A stretch of DNA of 64,000 nucleotides from a virus. Its lineage: Duplodnaviria; Heunggongvirae; Uroviricota; Caudoviricetes. The DNA is taken from the IMG/VR virus record IMGVR_UViG_3300042401_001180, one strand, 5' to 3'. Numbering within the stretch: position 1 is the first letter of the stretch; every line of letters starts with the position of its first letter. The notes below the pieces were generated by a model. The model was given only the letters and a program-made list of their open reading frames with translations. It did not search any database and was not told the DNA's origin. The position numbers and the translations under genes are program-made. Positions 8,972-17,713 of the stretch are shown here, one piece after another.

Positions 8972-9940
8972 TAACTCTATTAAACTTTCTTTTACGTTGT
9001 CAGTTAAAGTATAGTCGTTAGTTATTGTCATTTTAACATAAAAATCACCACTACCTACACCATCTCTGTAACCCTTTTTAACCAATCTTAAAGGTTTGTC
9101 TGAATTTAAATTTTTTGGCATACTAATAATTAAATCACCATCAGGATGAGGTAAACGTATTTGTTTTTCTGTTAATATATCAATAACGTTTAATTTTAAA
9201 GAATAAATTAAATCTCTACCTATTTTTTCAAAATTATCATGTTTTATTAAATCCACCTTGATTATTAAATCACCTCTAACGCCAGTTGTCTTTCCGTAAT
9301 CCCCCTTTGTTGCAATTCTTAAAAAATCCCCGTTATCTACGTTCTTTGGTATAGAAATAACTATTTTTTCTTTTTCTTTTACCATACCATTACCGTTACA
9401 TGTGTCACATTTTTTAGTGATTACACTTCCTTGCCCTCCACAACCGTTACAAGTAACATTAAATATTTGTTGGAACATACCTGTACCCATTCTTTGCATC
9501 ACATACCCTTGTCCTCCACATGTACTACAAACCGATCTATTACCCCCATTACCATCACAGGGTTTACAAACAACTAAATAATCATAATCAAATTCTTTTT
9601 GAACCCCAAAGTATGAGTCTATTGGTGTCATTTTAAATGTCATAACTTTGTCGGGAGTGCTTGAGTTTTGTCGTCTACCCCCATTCATCATTTCTTCAAA
9701 CACACTATGCATGTCGAACTTACCACCACCATTAAACGGGTTATTTTTTCTTTGGTTATAGTTTTGTCTTTTATTTTCATCACCTAAAATGTCATAGGCT
9801 TCGGCAATATCTTTAAACTTTTCTTCACCTTCAGGGTTTACATCTGGGTGATATTGTTTACTTAATTTTCTATATGATTTTTTTATTTCATCCTGAGTTG
9901 CGTTTTCTACTACTCCTAATATATCGTAATAATTTTTCAT
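8954..9940 (-). CDS. dnaJ: DnaJ molecular chaperone (J domain, zinc finger, C-terminal domains)
   Basis: KNYYDILG, HPD motif, four CxxCxGxG repeats, GDLIIKV C-terminal motif. Confidence 0.95.
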   Translation of the reverse strand: MKNYYDILGVVENATQDEIKKSYRKLSKQYHPDVNPEGEEKFKDIAEAYDILGDENKRQNYNQRKNNPFNGGGKFDMHSVFEEMMNGGRRQNSSTPDKVMTFKMTPIDSYFGVQKEFDYDYLVVCKPCDGNGGNRSVCSTCGGQGYVMQRMGTGMFQQIFNVTCNGCGGQGSVITKKCDTCNGNGMVKEKEKIVISIPKNVDNGDFLRIATKGDYGKTTGVRGDLIIKVDLIKHDNFEKIGRDLIYSLKLNVIDILTEKQIRLPHPDGDLIISMPKNLNSDKPLRLVKKGYRDGVGSGDFYVKMTITNDYTLTDNVKESLIELLKEIS

Positions 9941-10583
9941 GAAGGGGGATTACTTAATTGTTTTATTTAAAAATAAGAAAAAAAGAAAAATTATCAAATC
10001 TTATTTAACTAAAAGCACAGCTATTAATAAATTTAATAATATGTTATTAAAAAATAATGACGTTTATTTTGAAAAGGTTATTGAAAATGCAACCTCATCT
10101 AATTATGAATTGGGTTTATTAACAAATCAAACAAAAATACAACAAAGTTTATTTTTAACAGATGAATTGGGTAGGAATACTCCAGTAAATTTAGAAAATC
10201 CTGAATACGTTTTTTTAGATATTAAAAAATATAAAATGGAAGAAACAATATTTGATTGGCAAACTCAAAATAAAATAACATTTATGGGGTTAATAAAAAA
10301 ATATTGTAAATCAAATGAATTGAAAAGTATATTTACCCTTCACAATAAACTATGTATTCAAATTAATGAGGATGTTTCTTTATTCTCATTAAAAGATAAA
10401 GACGAATCGGATAGACTTTTAGAGGTAATTCAAGATTACTTTATTGGTAATTCAAGGTTAGATGCAATATTTGTTAGGGACATCTCGTCAGCACAAAGAA
10501 AATGGATATATAGTCTTTTAGTAGGAAAGGGGTTTGATAAGAAAAGACTCTACAGGTTAAAAACTACTTTTTCAAAAAGATAA
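9939..10583 (+). CDS. Hypothetical protein (214 aa)
   Basis: Long plus-strand ORF filling the gap between minus-strand genes; start overlaps dnaJ start. Confidence 0.75.
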   Translation: MKGDYLIVLFKNKKKRKIIKSYLTKSTAINKFNNMLLKNNDVYFEKVIENATSSNYELGLLTNQTKIQQSLFLTDELGRNTPVNLENPEYVFLDIKKYKMEETIFDWQTQNKITFMGLIKKYCKSNELKSIFTLHNKLCIQINEDVSLFSLKDKDESDRLLEVIQDYFIGNSRLDAIFVRDISSAQRKWIYSLLVGKGFDKKRLYRLKTTFSKR

Positions 10584-10785
10584 ATTCAACATTACCTATA
10601 GAAATTATAGACGTATCATTTTTAATATCATTATTTAATTCCTGACACATATCATTAAAGTCCGATTCTTTTAACTCAATATTGACTTTAATATTTTTAG
10701 ATTCTTTGAAGGTGTCTTCGATGATATCAACAGCTTGTGCCATCTTTATTAACTGAACCCTAAAACTCTCTTCATTCGTTCCCAT
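10564..10785 (-). CDS. Hypothetical protein (73 aa)
   Basis: ORF in co-oriented cluster. Confidence 0.65.
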   Translation of the reverse strand: MGTNEESFRVQLIKMAQAVDIIEDTFKESKNIKVNIELKESDFNDMCQELNNDIKNDTSIISIGNVEFIFLKK

Positions 10786-10967
10786 ATAGTGTATTTTTTT
10801 TCAACAAATACAGTGTTTTTTATTTCCTCTGGTTTAACGCTTTTAATCTCTTCACAAAGTAGTTTTTTAGAATCGTCATTAAATTTTTGACTTAAATTTC
10901 TCTCTTCATTAAGCTGGTTCAGTTGTTTCTGTAACTCCAGTATTGATCTCGTTTGTTTCATTTTCAA
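10749..10967 (-). CDS. Hypothetical protein (72 aa)
   Basis: ORF in cluster; true start may be downstream. Confidence 0.6.
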   Translation of the reverse strand: MKMKQTRSILELQKQLNQLNEERNLSQKFNDDSKKLLCEEIKSVKPEEIKNTVFVEKKYTIWERMKRVLGFS

Positions 10968-11343
10968 TAAATTTTGTTAGTTCTTCAATATCAAATTTTA
11001 AACCTTTAAGGTTTTCTAAGTTTTGGTTTTCAAATATACTTTTTAATTCTTGTACTTTACTCTTAAAAAGTCTTTCTTTTTCTTCTCTTTCTACGTTAGT
11101 TTTAACCACTAAATCTAAAACATTTTCTAAACCATCAATCAATTCTTTTTTATTTTCACACACGAATGAAGTAATTTGTCTACCGTCTTGTCCTTCATTT
11201 TGAAGTATTTCAACCCCATTTGAATTGTTTTTTAACATCACCCAAGTCGTCGGGAATATCATGTCAAAACTTATGTAGTTTTTAAGTACTCTAACCGATT
11301 TAAGGTATTTTGATGTTTTACCTATAAAATTGCTGTATATCAT
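10909..11343 (-). CDS. Hypothetical protein (144 aa)
   Basis: ORF in cluster. Confidence 0.7.
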   Translation of the reverse strand: MIYSNFIGKTSKYLKSVRVLKNYISFDMIFPTTWVMLKNNSNGVEILQNEGQDGRQITSFVCENKKELIDGLENVLDLVVKTNVEREEKERLFKSKVQELKSIFENQNLENLKGLKFDIEELTKFIENETNEINTGVTETTEPA

Positions 11344-11346
11344 TTT

Positions 11347-11535
11347 TTAAAATATTATATATGTTGTTATATAAGAAATAAATAATCCATAGATTACTGT
11401 CTCTAATTTTGTCATCTCAAAAGGTTTTGGTGTTTCAGAAAAAATGACTCTAAGGAAATTAATTCCTAACCTCAAAAGAGCCATTATTGAGAAAATTAAA
11501 ATAAAACCAAAAATAGGTGTTATAATATTATGCAT
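11347..11535 (-). CDS. Small membrane protein (2 TM)
   Basis: Two hydrophobic helices in 62 aa. Confidence 0.65.
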   Translation of the reverse strand: MHNIITPIFGFILIFSIMALLRLGINFLRVIFSETPKPFEMTKLETVIYGLFISYITTYIIF

Positions 11536-11713
11536 CTTTTTCTTCTTTAGTGTGATTTAAGATTTCTTTTCTTAAAACTTGCATAAGTTCTTTAATTTCT
11601 TGAGCCGCCTTCCTTGCTCTTGTTCCTGCTGATTGATTACCTTTCGTGTAGAATTTAGTGGTTTCAGCCGATAGAGTCTCAACCAACATTTTTACTTGTT
11701 CTAAAGTGTCCAT
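11528..11713 (-). CDS. Histone H1-like (Hc1 family, Bacteroidota type) nucleoid protein
   Basis: KGNQSAGTRARKAAQEIK matches the GNKAAGTRARKASLE signature of Bacteroidota Hc1-like proteins. Confidence 0.85.
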   Translation of the reverse strand: MDTLEQVKMLVETLSAETTKFYTKGNQSAGTRARKAAQEIKELMQVLRKEILNHTKEEKDA

Positions 11714-11788
11714 TTTTAAAAAAATTATATTTTTATTTTTATTTTTATTATATGATATACATTATAAATTATTTGTAAATAATATACA

Positions 11789-12283
11789 TCAATTTTTAAG
11801 TGATCTTTCAAGTACCTTATATATGTCCGTAAAGATTTCAATATCTGATTTTGTTTTTTTATATTTATTATCAAAAATTTGCCTAAAAAAATAATTAATG
11901 TTATCTTTTATTTTTTGATCCTGTTGGTTATAAAAGACTTCGAAGAAGAAGCTTTCAAAGAACTCTGAGTCATCTTCTTTAAAATTAAATTTTATACTTT
12001 CTTTGCTAAAATTTTCAACGGTTTTGTCCCAACACCATTTAAAATGTTTCTTTTTTTGATCGTTAGTCATACCAACCTTTGTCTCTTTATTACTTTCAAA
12101 ATCATCACCTAAATAAGTGTCGTTTAATAAGTTTAAAAAAGATATGCAAAAATCTCTAAAAAGTTCAGTAAGTTCGGGTATTATATTATTTGCAAGATAC
12201 CAGGAGGTGATATCTTCTTGGGACATCGGTTTGGCTAACCAATCAAAAAAACGACCCATGTTGTTATCTGTGTTCATATACAA
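11789..12283 (-). CDS. Hypothetical protein (164 aa)
   Basis: ORF track; aromatic-rich helical sequence. Confidence 0.75.
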   Translation of the reverse strand: MYMNTDNNMGRFFDWLAKPMSQEDITSWYLANNIIPELTELFRDFCISFLNLLNDTYLGDDFESNKETKVGMTNDQKKKHFKWCWDKTVENFSKESIKFNFKEDDSEFFESFFFEVFYNQQDQKIKDNINYFFRQIFDNKYKKTKSDIEIFTDIYKVLERSLKN

Positions 12284-12319
12284 ATAATAACATGGGTTGC
12301 ATTAAAAATGAAGTTTAAA

Positions 12320-13513
12320 TTATTGTGTTTTTTTACCGTAAGTTATTAGATTTTTCATTTTTTCAATGTCACCGATAACTTTTCTTTCACTTTCGGATTC
12401 TAATTTCATCAAAATATTACTTGCCCTGTCGTTATCACTACCAGTACTATCATTAACAACGGGTTGTGCCGATTTGTTGTACGCCTTTCTTTTTATCTTA
12501 GAAAGTAAATTATCTTTTCTAATTTTATTTCTTAAACTATTATTTGGTGTCTCAACAGCGTTAGCCCACTCAGGGTTATTTCCGGTTCTTGAAGAACCAA
12601 CAATGTTATCGGTTACCCATTTTTCATTAGGATGAATTCCATCATAATCAATATTTTCTAAAGAAGCTGCAGTAAAATTGGTAATATACTCACCCACTTC
12701 ATCTGAAGGTATGTAAGCCATCTTATCCATTTTAGCCAATTCTCCATTACCTTTAGGGAAATGTTTTGGGTTCATTTCATATTTACCTTTTGAACCGCCA
12801 TTAAGATAATCTTTCATTTTTTTAACAACACTATCAATATAATCGTCGTTTTCTTTTTTAGATTTATCTTGATTAGACTTAGTTAACTTTATTGGGGTTT
12901 TTGGTTTTGATTTTGACTTAGACTTTTTCTTTTCTTCTAAAACAATATTTTCAATAATACCAATAATCTCATTTTCACTAAAAACAAACTTTCTATCTGT
13001 ACCATCTAATGTTAATTCATACATTTCTTTTCTTAACATTTTAAAGTCTTCTGTATCAATTCTTCCGTTTTTGTTTTTGTCTATTCTTTTTTGGTTACCG
13101 TAAAGTCTTTCATCTATTTCACCATCATTGTGTTTTCTATTTGAGTGGTGTGACATTTGTTTCATTCTTTTCTCAACAAACCCTGGCTTAGTAGGGAAAT
13201 CATCCCCCATATCTTCCTCTTTATCACCTCTAAGTAGGTTTTCAATATCTTCAGGACTCATTCTTTTAGGTAGTCTTTTTTTACCAAGTCTTGGGTGTCC
13301 GTCATCCATACCACCTAATTCTTGGATGTCTCCTTCATACATACTTCCACATTCTATACATTCACCTTCATACATTTTTTTAGAACCACATTCTGAGCAC
13401 ATTTCTTTTTTCATGTTATTAGTTTCAAAAATTTTATTCTTAACGTTTTTAATTCTTCCTGAAATCTCTTCAGAAAGTACTTTATTAACTATATTTGCAA
13501 TTTCTCTATTCAT
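12320..13513 (-). CDS. Putative prohead core/internal head protein
   Basis: IVNKVLSEE leader, CSECG/CIECG motifs, EF-hand-like DKNKNGRIDTED, highly charged; TATTTAT at 13518-13524. Confidence 0.55.
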   Translation of the reverse strand: MNREIANIVNKVLSEEISGRIKNVKNKIFETNNMKKEMCSECGSKKMYEGECIECGSMYEGDIQELGGMDDGHPRLGKKRLPKRMSPEDIENLLRGDKEEDMGDDFPTKPGFVEKRMKQMSHHSNRKHNDGEIDERLYGNQKRIDKNKNGRIDTEDFKMLRKEMYELTLDGTDRKFVFSENEIIGIIENIVLEEKKKSKSKSKPKTPIKLTKSNQDKSKKENDDYIDSVVKKMKDYLNGGSKGKYEMNPKHFPKGNGELAKMDKMAYIPSDEVGEYITNFTAASLENIDYDGIHPNEKWVTDNIVGSSRTGNNPEWANAVETPNNSLRNKIRKDNLLSKIKRKAYNKSAQPVVNDSTGSDNDRASNILMKLESESERKVIGDIEKMKNLITYGKKTQ

Positions 13514-13533
13514 ATTTATAAATATCTGTCATT

Positions 13534-14037
13534 TTATAAAGTACCATCAATTTTATTTAATATGATATTTTTTATTTCATCAACACTTAATCCCGTTTTT
13601 AGAGATACGTTATATATCGCCTCATTCATTGGTGATGCCTTTCTTGTTCTGACGGGTTTATCTTTACTGTTACCCTGACTACAATAGGGAAAAGTTTTAC
13701 ATTTTGGGTTAATTTCCACAAACGAACCTCCTTTAAGTTGGGGTTTCTTCCAAGATTTCCCCTTTCCTTTTAGTGTGTTTCCCTTCATTCCTATATTTTC
13801 AAAACTATTTGCATCATAAGCACCAACGGATCCACTACCTGTTGCTTCTGTAAATTCACCTTCAACAGGTTCTCCTTTTTTGTATTCTGACTTTGCCACA
13901 TTATCTTCTGACCACATACTAAATGCTGGTGCTGAATAACCACCACCACCAGTTCCTGTAGCTTCCTTAGTTTCTTTAGTGTTTTTTATTTTTTTTAACC
14001 CTTCTCCGATTAAAAAATCTAATAGTTCTTTTCTCAT
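13534..14037 (-). CDS. Hypothetical protein, putative internal head protein
   Basis: Duplicated EATG(T/S)G..G.Y motif; KCKTFPYC. Confidence 0.7.
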   Translation of the reverse strand: MRKELLDFLIGEGLKKIKNTKETKEATGTGGGGYSAPAFSMWSEDNVAKSEYKKGEPVEGEFTEATGSGSVGAYDANSFENIGMKGNTLKGKGKSWKKPQLKGGSFVEINPKCKTFPYCSQGNSKDKPVRTRKASPMNEAIYNVSLKTGLSVDEIKNIILNKIDGTL

Positions 14038-14282
14038 TTTTTATTTTTTAAGGTTGTTTGCCATTGATTTTTTTTACTCCACATTAAATAGTAAAATTCT
14101 GACATCATGTGTACAATAATATCATTAATGTCCCCTCTTAACGTTCCTTTTTTTAACTCTGACTTTATTGAGTCAATCATGTTTTTTTCAAACTGTTTAA
14201 GTGTTGTTGCAGATAAAAAATCTTTGATTTCTTTTCTAACCATAGTTTCAATATCTTTCTTGTCTGCTGGTGATAGTGACAT
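14034..14282 (-). CDS. Hypothetical protein (82 aa)
   Basis: ATGA-coupled to downstream gene. Confidence 0.7.
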   Translation of the reverse strand: MSLSPADKKDIETMVRKEIKDFLSATTLKQFEKNMIDSIKSELKKGTLRGDINDIIVHMMSEFYYLMWSKKNQWQTTLKNKK

Positions 14283-14704
14283 TACTTAAAAACAATTATA
14301 TATGTTAATGCTCCAACTATAGTCCCTGATACGATTTCGATTATTGTGTTTTTAGTTTTAATTCTTTTAATATCTTTTCTTAAATCTTTATTATCGTCTT
14401 CAAGTAATTTAACTTTTTCCTCAGTATCTTTAATAATCACTTGATTTGTACTATCTTTTTGTTCTAAAAACTTAACTATACCTTCCTCTTTAATCACTTT
14501 ATTTTCAAGTTGTTTAATTTCTTTTTTATCTAAGTCGTATTGTTTTTTTAATCTATCAAGATCATTTAAATCCAATAATATTTGTTTACCAACATTTACA
14601 GGAAAACAAATTTTTGTGGTATCTTCTTTTTGTGGTTTTGTTTGACTAAAACCAATAAAAGAAAACATTAAGAAGGTTATTAATATAATTTTTTTCATAA
14701 TCAA
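14282..14704 (-). CDS. Signal peptide + coiled coil + C-terminal TM protein (spanin-like)
   Basis: MKKIILITFLMFSFIGFS-Q signal, heptads, IIEIVSGTIVGALTYIIVFK. Confidence 0.55.
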   Translation of the reverse strand: MIMKKIILITFLMFSFIGFSQTKPQKEDTTKICFPVNVGKQILLDLNDLDRLKKQYDLDKKEIKQLENKVIKEEGIVKFLEQKDSTNQVIIKDTEEKVKLLEDDNKDLRKDIKRIKTKNTIIEIVSGTIVGALTYIIVFK

Positions 14705-15054
14705 TATTTATATCTTTGTCTAAATGAACTATCAATTTCTTTTTTATCCATTCCTTTTATTTCTTCTTTCTTTTGTTCAAAGAAGTTATTAACTGTGGTT
14801 TTTTCAACTTTTATCTTTAAAATGTTCTCGTCAATTTTTTTTATATCTTTTTTATATGATGCAATCGAGTCATTTAATTGTGATTGTAATTGTTTCATTT
14901 TATTGATATTCTGATTCAATTGTTCCAACTTATATTTTAATAATTCTGACTTGTCAGGTGCCGGTGTAAATGTCCTTACTAATAGAAAAACCAATAACAA
15001 CCCAAGTACTACTTGGATTATCTCTTTATAATATATTCTTATAAACTCTTTCAT
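14701..15054 (-). CDS. N-terminal TM + coiled coil protein (i-spanin-like)
   Basis: IIQVVLGLLLVFLLV then long coiled coil; coupled to 14282..14704. Confidence 0.55.
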   Translation of the reverse strand: MKEFIRIYYKEIIQVVLGLLLVFLLVRTFTPAPDKSELLKYKLEQLNQNINKMKQLQSQLNDSIASYKKDIKKIDENILKIKVEKTTVNNFFEQKKEEIKGMDKKEIDSSFRQRYKY

Positions 15055-15593
15055 TACATTTCAGTTTTTTGTGATGTCTTTTTTCTACCTGATATTACTT
15101 TCGCCCATTTGGCTTTAAACTTATCGTAAAACCCTGTTAATTTTGTAACAAGTTCTGTTAAGTTTTCATCTAATTTAATCATATCTCCGTTGATATATAC
15201 CCCGTTATTCTCCCCTATAGAGAAAAAGAATTCAAGGTCTAAGTCAATAACTTTACCACTCCATTGAACTTCGTTTTGGTACATGTTTAACACACCAAAA
15301 TCTGATAAGTCAGAAACGTCTTCAACAAATTCATCCATAGTTTCTTGAAACGCAGTCTTTTCTTCAGTTGTTAGTTCTAAATCACGTTTTTCTTTTCCGT
15401 GTAAAGATAATAACCCACCAGAGATTCTATAGGTTTTACTTTTATCTCGTTTAACAGGTTCATTAGTCTGAGCGGTTTCGTCATCCTCAATATTATTTTC
15501 AATACTTTTTGCTAAATTAACTGCCTCAGGTTGTTCCATTAACATCCTTGATTTTTTTAATAGCGATTTTAATTCATCATATTCATTAATCAT
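15054..15593 (-). CDS. Hypothetical protein (179 aa)
   Basis: ORF coupled to both neighbours. Confidence 0.75.
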   Translation of the reverse strand: MINEYDELKSLLKKSRMLMEQPEAVNLAKSIENNIEDDETAQTNEPVKRDKSKTYRISGGLLSLHGKEKRDLELTTEEKTAFQETMDEFVEDVSDLSDFGVLNMYQNEVQWSGKVIDLDLEFFFSIGENNGVYINGDMIKLDENLTELVTKLTGFYDKFKAKWAKVISGRKKTSQKTEM

Positions 15594-16230
15594 GTTCTAA
15601 AAGTTCTTTAAAATGTTTAAAATTAAAAGAGGGGTTTACGTCTTTATATATGAAATCAAAATTACTTTTAGAAACCACACCTTTATAAAATTCAACACCA
15701 TCCATTTTAACGTTGTGCCCTAAACACTCCTTTGGTATTTTAAACTTTATACAAATCTCGGTAACCAAATTTGATAATGTTTTCATTTGATCTTCCGTGT
15801 ATGGATCCCAAAAAAAATAGTCTCTCCATTTTTTTTCGTATACCTCTTTTTTATAAATATCACCTATCCAGTTTACATACGTATTATCTAATGGATTTTT
15901 TTTTAACCACCCGTTATTTTCAATGGCAATTACTATAGAATTCTTATCTATATCATCATCACCCATAAAATGAGAATACTTTTCGGGGGATAATATAGTA
16001 TACACATCACCGTCTTTTGTGATTAGGTAGTTTGGTAGATAGGGGTTCTCTTTATTATACCGATACCTTAAAGAGTTTATATAATTTTTATAGTCTCTTT
16101 TAGTGTCGGTTAAAATAATTTGTTTTTTTTTATTATTAACCCCTTTTTCTTTAAATTCTGCTAATTCGTAAAGATTTTCCATATCCGTCTCTATTAAGGT
16201 ATGATAATTTTTTAGTTTGTGGTGTCTCAA
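15586..16230 (-). CDS. N-acetylmuramoyl-L-alanine amidase (Amidase_2)-like protein
   Basis: NYLITKDG, SIVIAIEN, YTEDQMKTL, GHN, KDVNPSF; first Zn-His replaced (IILTDT). Confidence 0.75.
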   Translation of the reverse strand: MRHHKLKNYHTLIETDMENLYELAEFKEKGVNNKKKQIILTDTKRDYKNYINSLRYRYNKENPYLPNYLITKDGDVYTILSPEKYSHFMGDDDIDKNSIVIAIENNGWLKKNPLDNTYVNWIGDIYKKEVYEKKWRDYFFWDPYTEDQMKTLSNLVTEICIKFKIPKECLGHNVKMDGVEFYKGVVSKSNFDFIYKDVNPSFNFKHFKELLEHD

Positions 16231-17491
16231 TCGGATTCGGTTCGTTACTTGTCATCTCATCTTCTTTTTCAACTATACCATCTATATTATCGTCTTTTTT
16301 TATACTTAATAGTTCTTCTAATTTTTTTAACTCTTCGTCTGTAGGGGTTATTGGTTCTTCGTTATTGTTTTCAGATGTTTTATAATTCTCATCTAAAACC
16401 TTTTCTAACTTTTTAAGGAATTCTTCTGTTGGTGATATGGGTTCTACTTCCTTTTCAATTACGTCATTATTTTCGGTATCGTATGGAGTAAAAGCCAACG
16501 CAGTGGGTTCATTATCAATATCCTCCTGTGTGGGTGTCGGTAATTTACCCTCTTCTTGTAATTTTTTAACTCTCTCCCATATTTTTTTTACCTCACCATT
16601 ACTTGGTCGGAACTTAGTCGGTACTTGATCGGTAACTTCTTTGGGTGTGTTGTCCTCAACTTGGTGGGTAACTTGGTGGGTGTCCTCGTCTTTTCTTTTT
16701 CCTTTAAACGCTTGGTTTGTTGCAATAACCAAAGTAATCGCTAATGGATCAAAAACAAAAATTAAAATCAATATGAAAAGGTTTGCGGTTCTTTTAATAT
16801 CCCAATCAAGTAGTTCACTAACATATTTTAAAGCACCTAACTCACTTCCTGATATTTCTTCTGACTCCATATTTAAAATATCAACATCTAGTTTAGTAAT
16901 ACTATCGTTCATATTATCTATTCTTTTAGCTATAGTGTCTCTTCTTACTTGTGCTTGGGATAATTGTGTTTCAAATGACTTTCTGTTTGCATTATTTGCT
17001 CTCGTTATGATTTGTCCTGTCCTACCATCCACAGATTGTGTTGTGGTGTTATTAGACAGCCCATCTCTTAATTTTGTAATGTCCCCATCTAACGTGGTTT
17101 TTTCTTTTGTTAGTTCGTCTTTAACTTCTTCAAAACGATTCTTTTTAACCTCAACATTTTTAACTTGTTTTTCATTTATTTCAAGTTTTGCGATGTTCCC
17201 TTGAAATCCTGTACTTAACAATCCATATATCCCTAATGATGTTATAAGGGATAATATAACAAGAGCAATTGTAAGGTATATTTTTAAAACCCCATACGTT
17301 TCTTTCCACTTGTCATGTAAGTATGTTGCAATTGCAATCTTAGACACTTCAAGGAATGACCCCATAATAATAACAGGTAACGCAACACCAACAAAGACGA
17401 TGGATAAACCAACAACACTATAATACGCAGCGGTTCCTGATAACCCTAAAGCACAAAATAATAAAAACCAAGGCAAAAATTTTTCTTTCAT
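16151..17491 (-). CDS. Multi-pass membrane protein with coiled coil and low-complexity tail
   Basis: Three N-terminal hydrophobic helices, periplasmic-length coiled coil, LILIFVFDPLAITLVIA TM, acidic Pro/Thr tail. Confidence 0.8.
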   Translation of the reverse strand: MKEKFLPWFLLFCALGLSGTAAYYSVVGLSIVFVGVALPVIIMGSFLEVSKIAIATYLHDKWKETYGVLKIYLTIALVILSLITSLGIYGLLSTGFQGNIAKLEINEKQVKNVEVKKNRFEEVKDELTKEKTTLDGDITKLRDGLSNNTTTQSVDGRTGQIITRANNANRKSFETQLSQAQVRRDTIAKRIDNMNDSITKLDVDILNMESEEISGSELGALKYVSELLDWDIKRTANLFILILIFVFDPLAITLVIATNQAFKGKRKDEDTHQVTHQVEDNTPKEVTDQVPTKFRPSNGEVKKIWERVKKLQEEGKLPTPTQEDIDNEPTALAFTPYDTENNDVIEKEVEPISPTEEFLKKLEKVLDENYKTSENNNEEPITPTDEELKKLEELLSIKKDDNIDGIVEKEDEMTSNEPNPIETPQTKKLSYLNRDGYGKSLRISRI

Positions 17492-17524
17492 ATTTTTAAA
17501 CTATAATATATAAATATAAAAAAT

Positions 17525-17670
17525 AAATAAAAAACCCTCATCGGTACCGATGAGGGAGTGTTGTTTCATCTTACCGTATAGATAAGATTGGGGATTTTCA
17601 CCTTGAGTGCCTCGTGTCTCATTCCGCCGAGTTGTGTGGGTATTCTCGGTTCAACCCATTCGTGATTAAC
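17525..17670 (-). ncRNA. Candidate structured ncRNA with H-type pseudoknot
   Basis: ~48% GC (hand count, 64/132) in an AT-rich genome; UGGGU/ACCCA and CCGAG/CUCGG crossed helices; 8-bp stem 17568-17588; own promoter and terminator. Confidence 0.5.
17535..17556 (-). terminator. Rho-independent terminator (perfect 22-bp palindrome + U tract)
   Basis: CCCTCATCGGTACCGATGAGGG followed on the minus strand by TTTTTTATTTATTT. Confidence 0.85.
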
Positions 17671-17674
17671 AATA

Positions 17675-17706
17675 CAAAGATGTAGTCCTCATTTCAATCT
17701 GCCAAA
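17675..17706 (-). promoter_or_regulatory. Bacteroidota-type promoter TTTG-N20-CATCTTTG
   Basis: TTTG 17703-17706, 20-nt spacer, CATCTTTG 17675-17682 (1 mismatch to TAnnTTTG). Confidence 0.5.
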
Positions 17707-17713
17707 TTTTTTA

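Noticed and set aside
17525-17670. tmRNA, tRNA, hammerhead or HDV/theta ribozyme identity for the structured RNA
   Set aside because: No tRNA-like acceptor/T-arm or CCA end, no CUGAUGA core, and no nested P1.1/P3 HDV topology found by eye.
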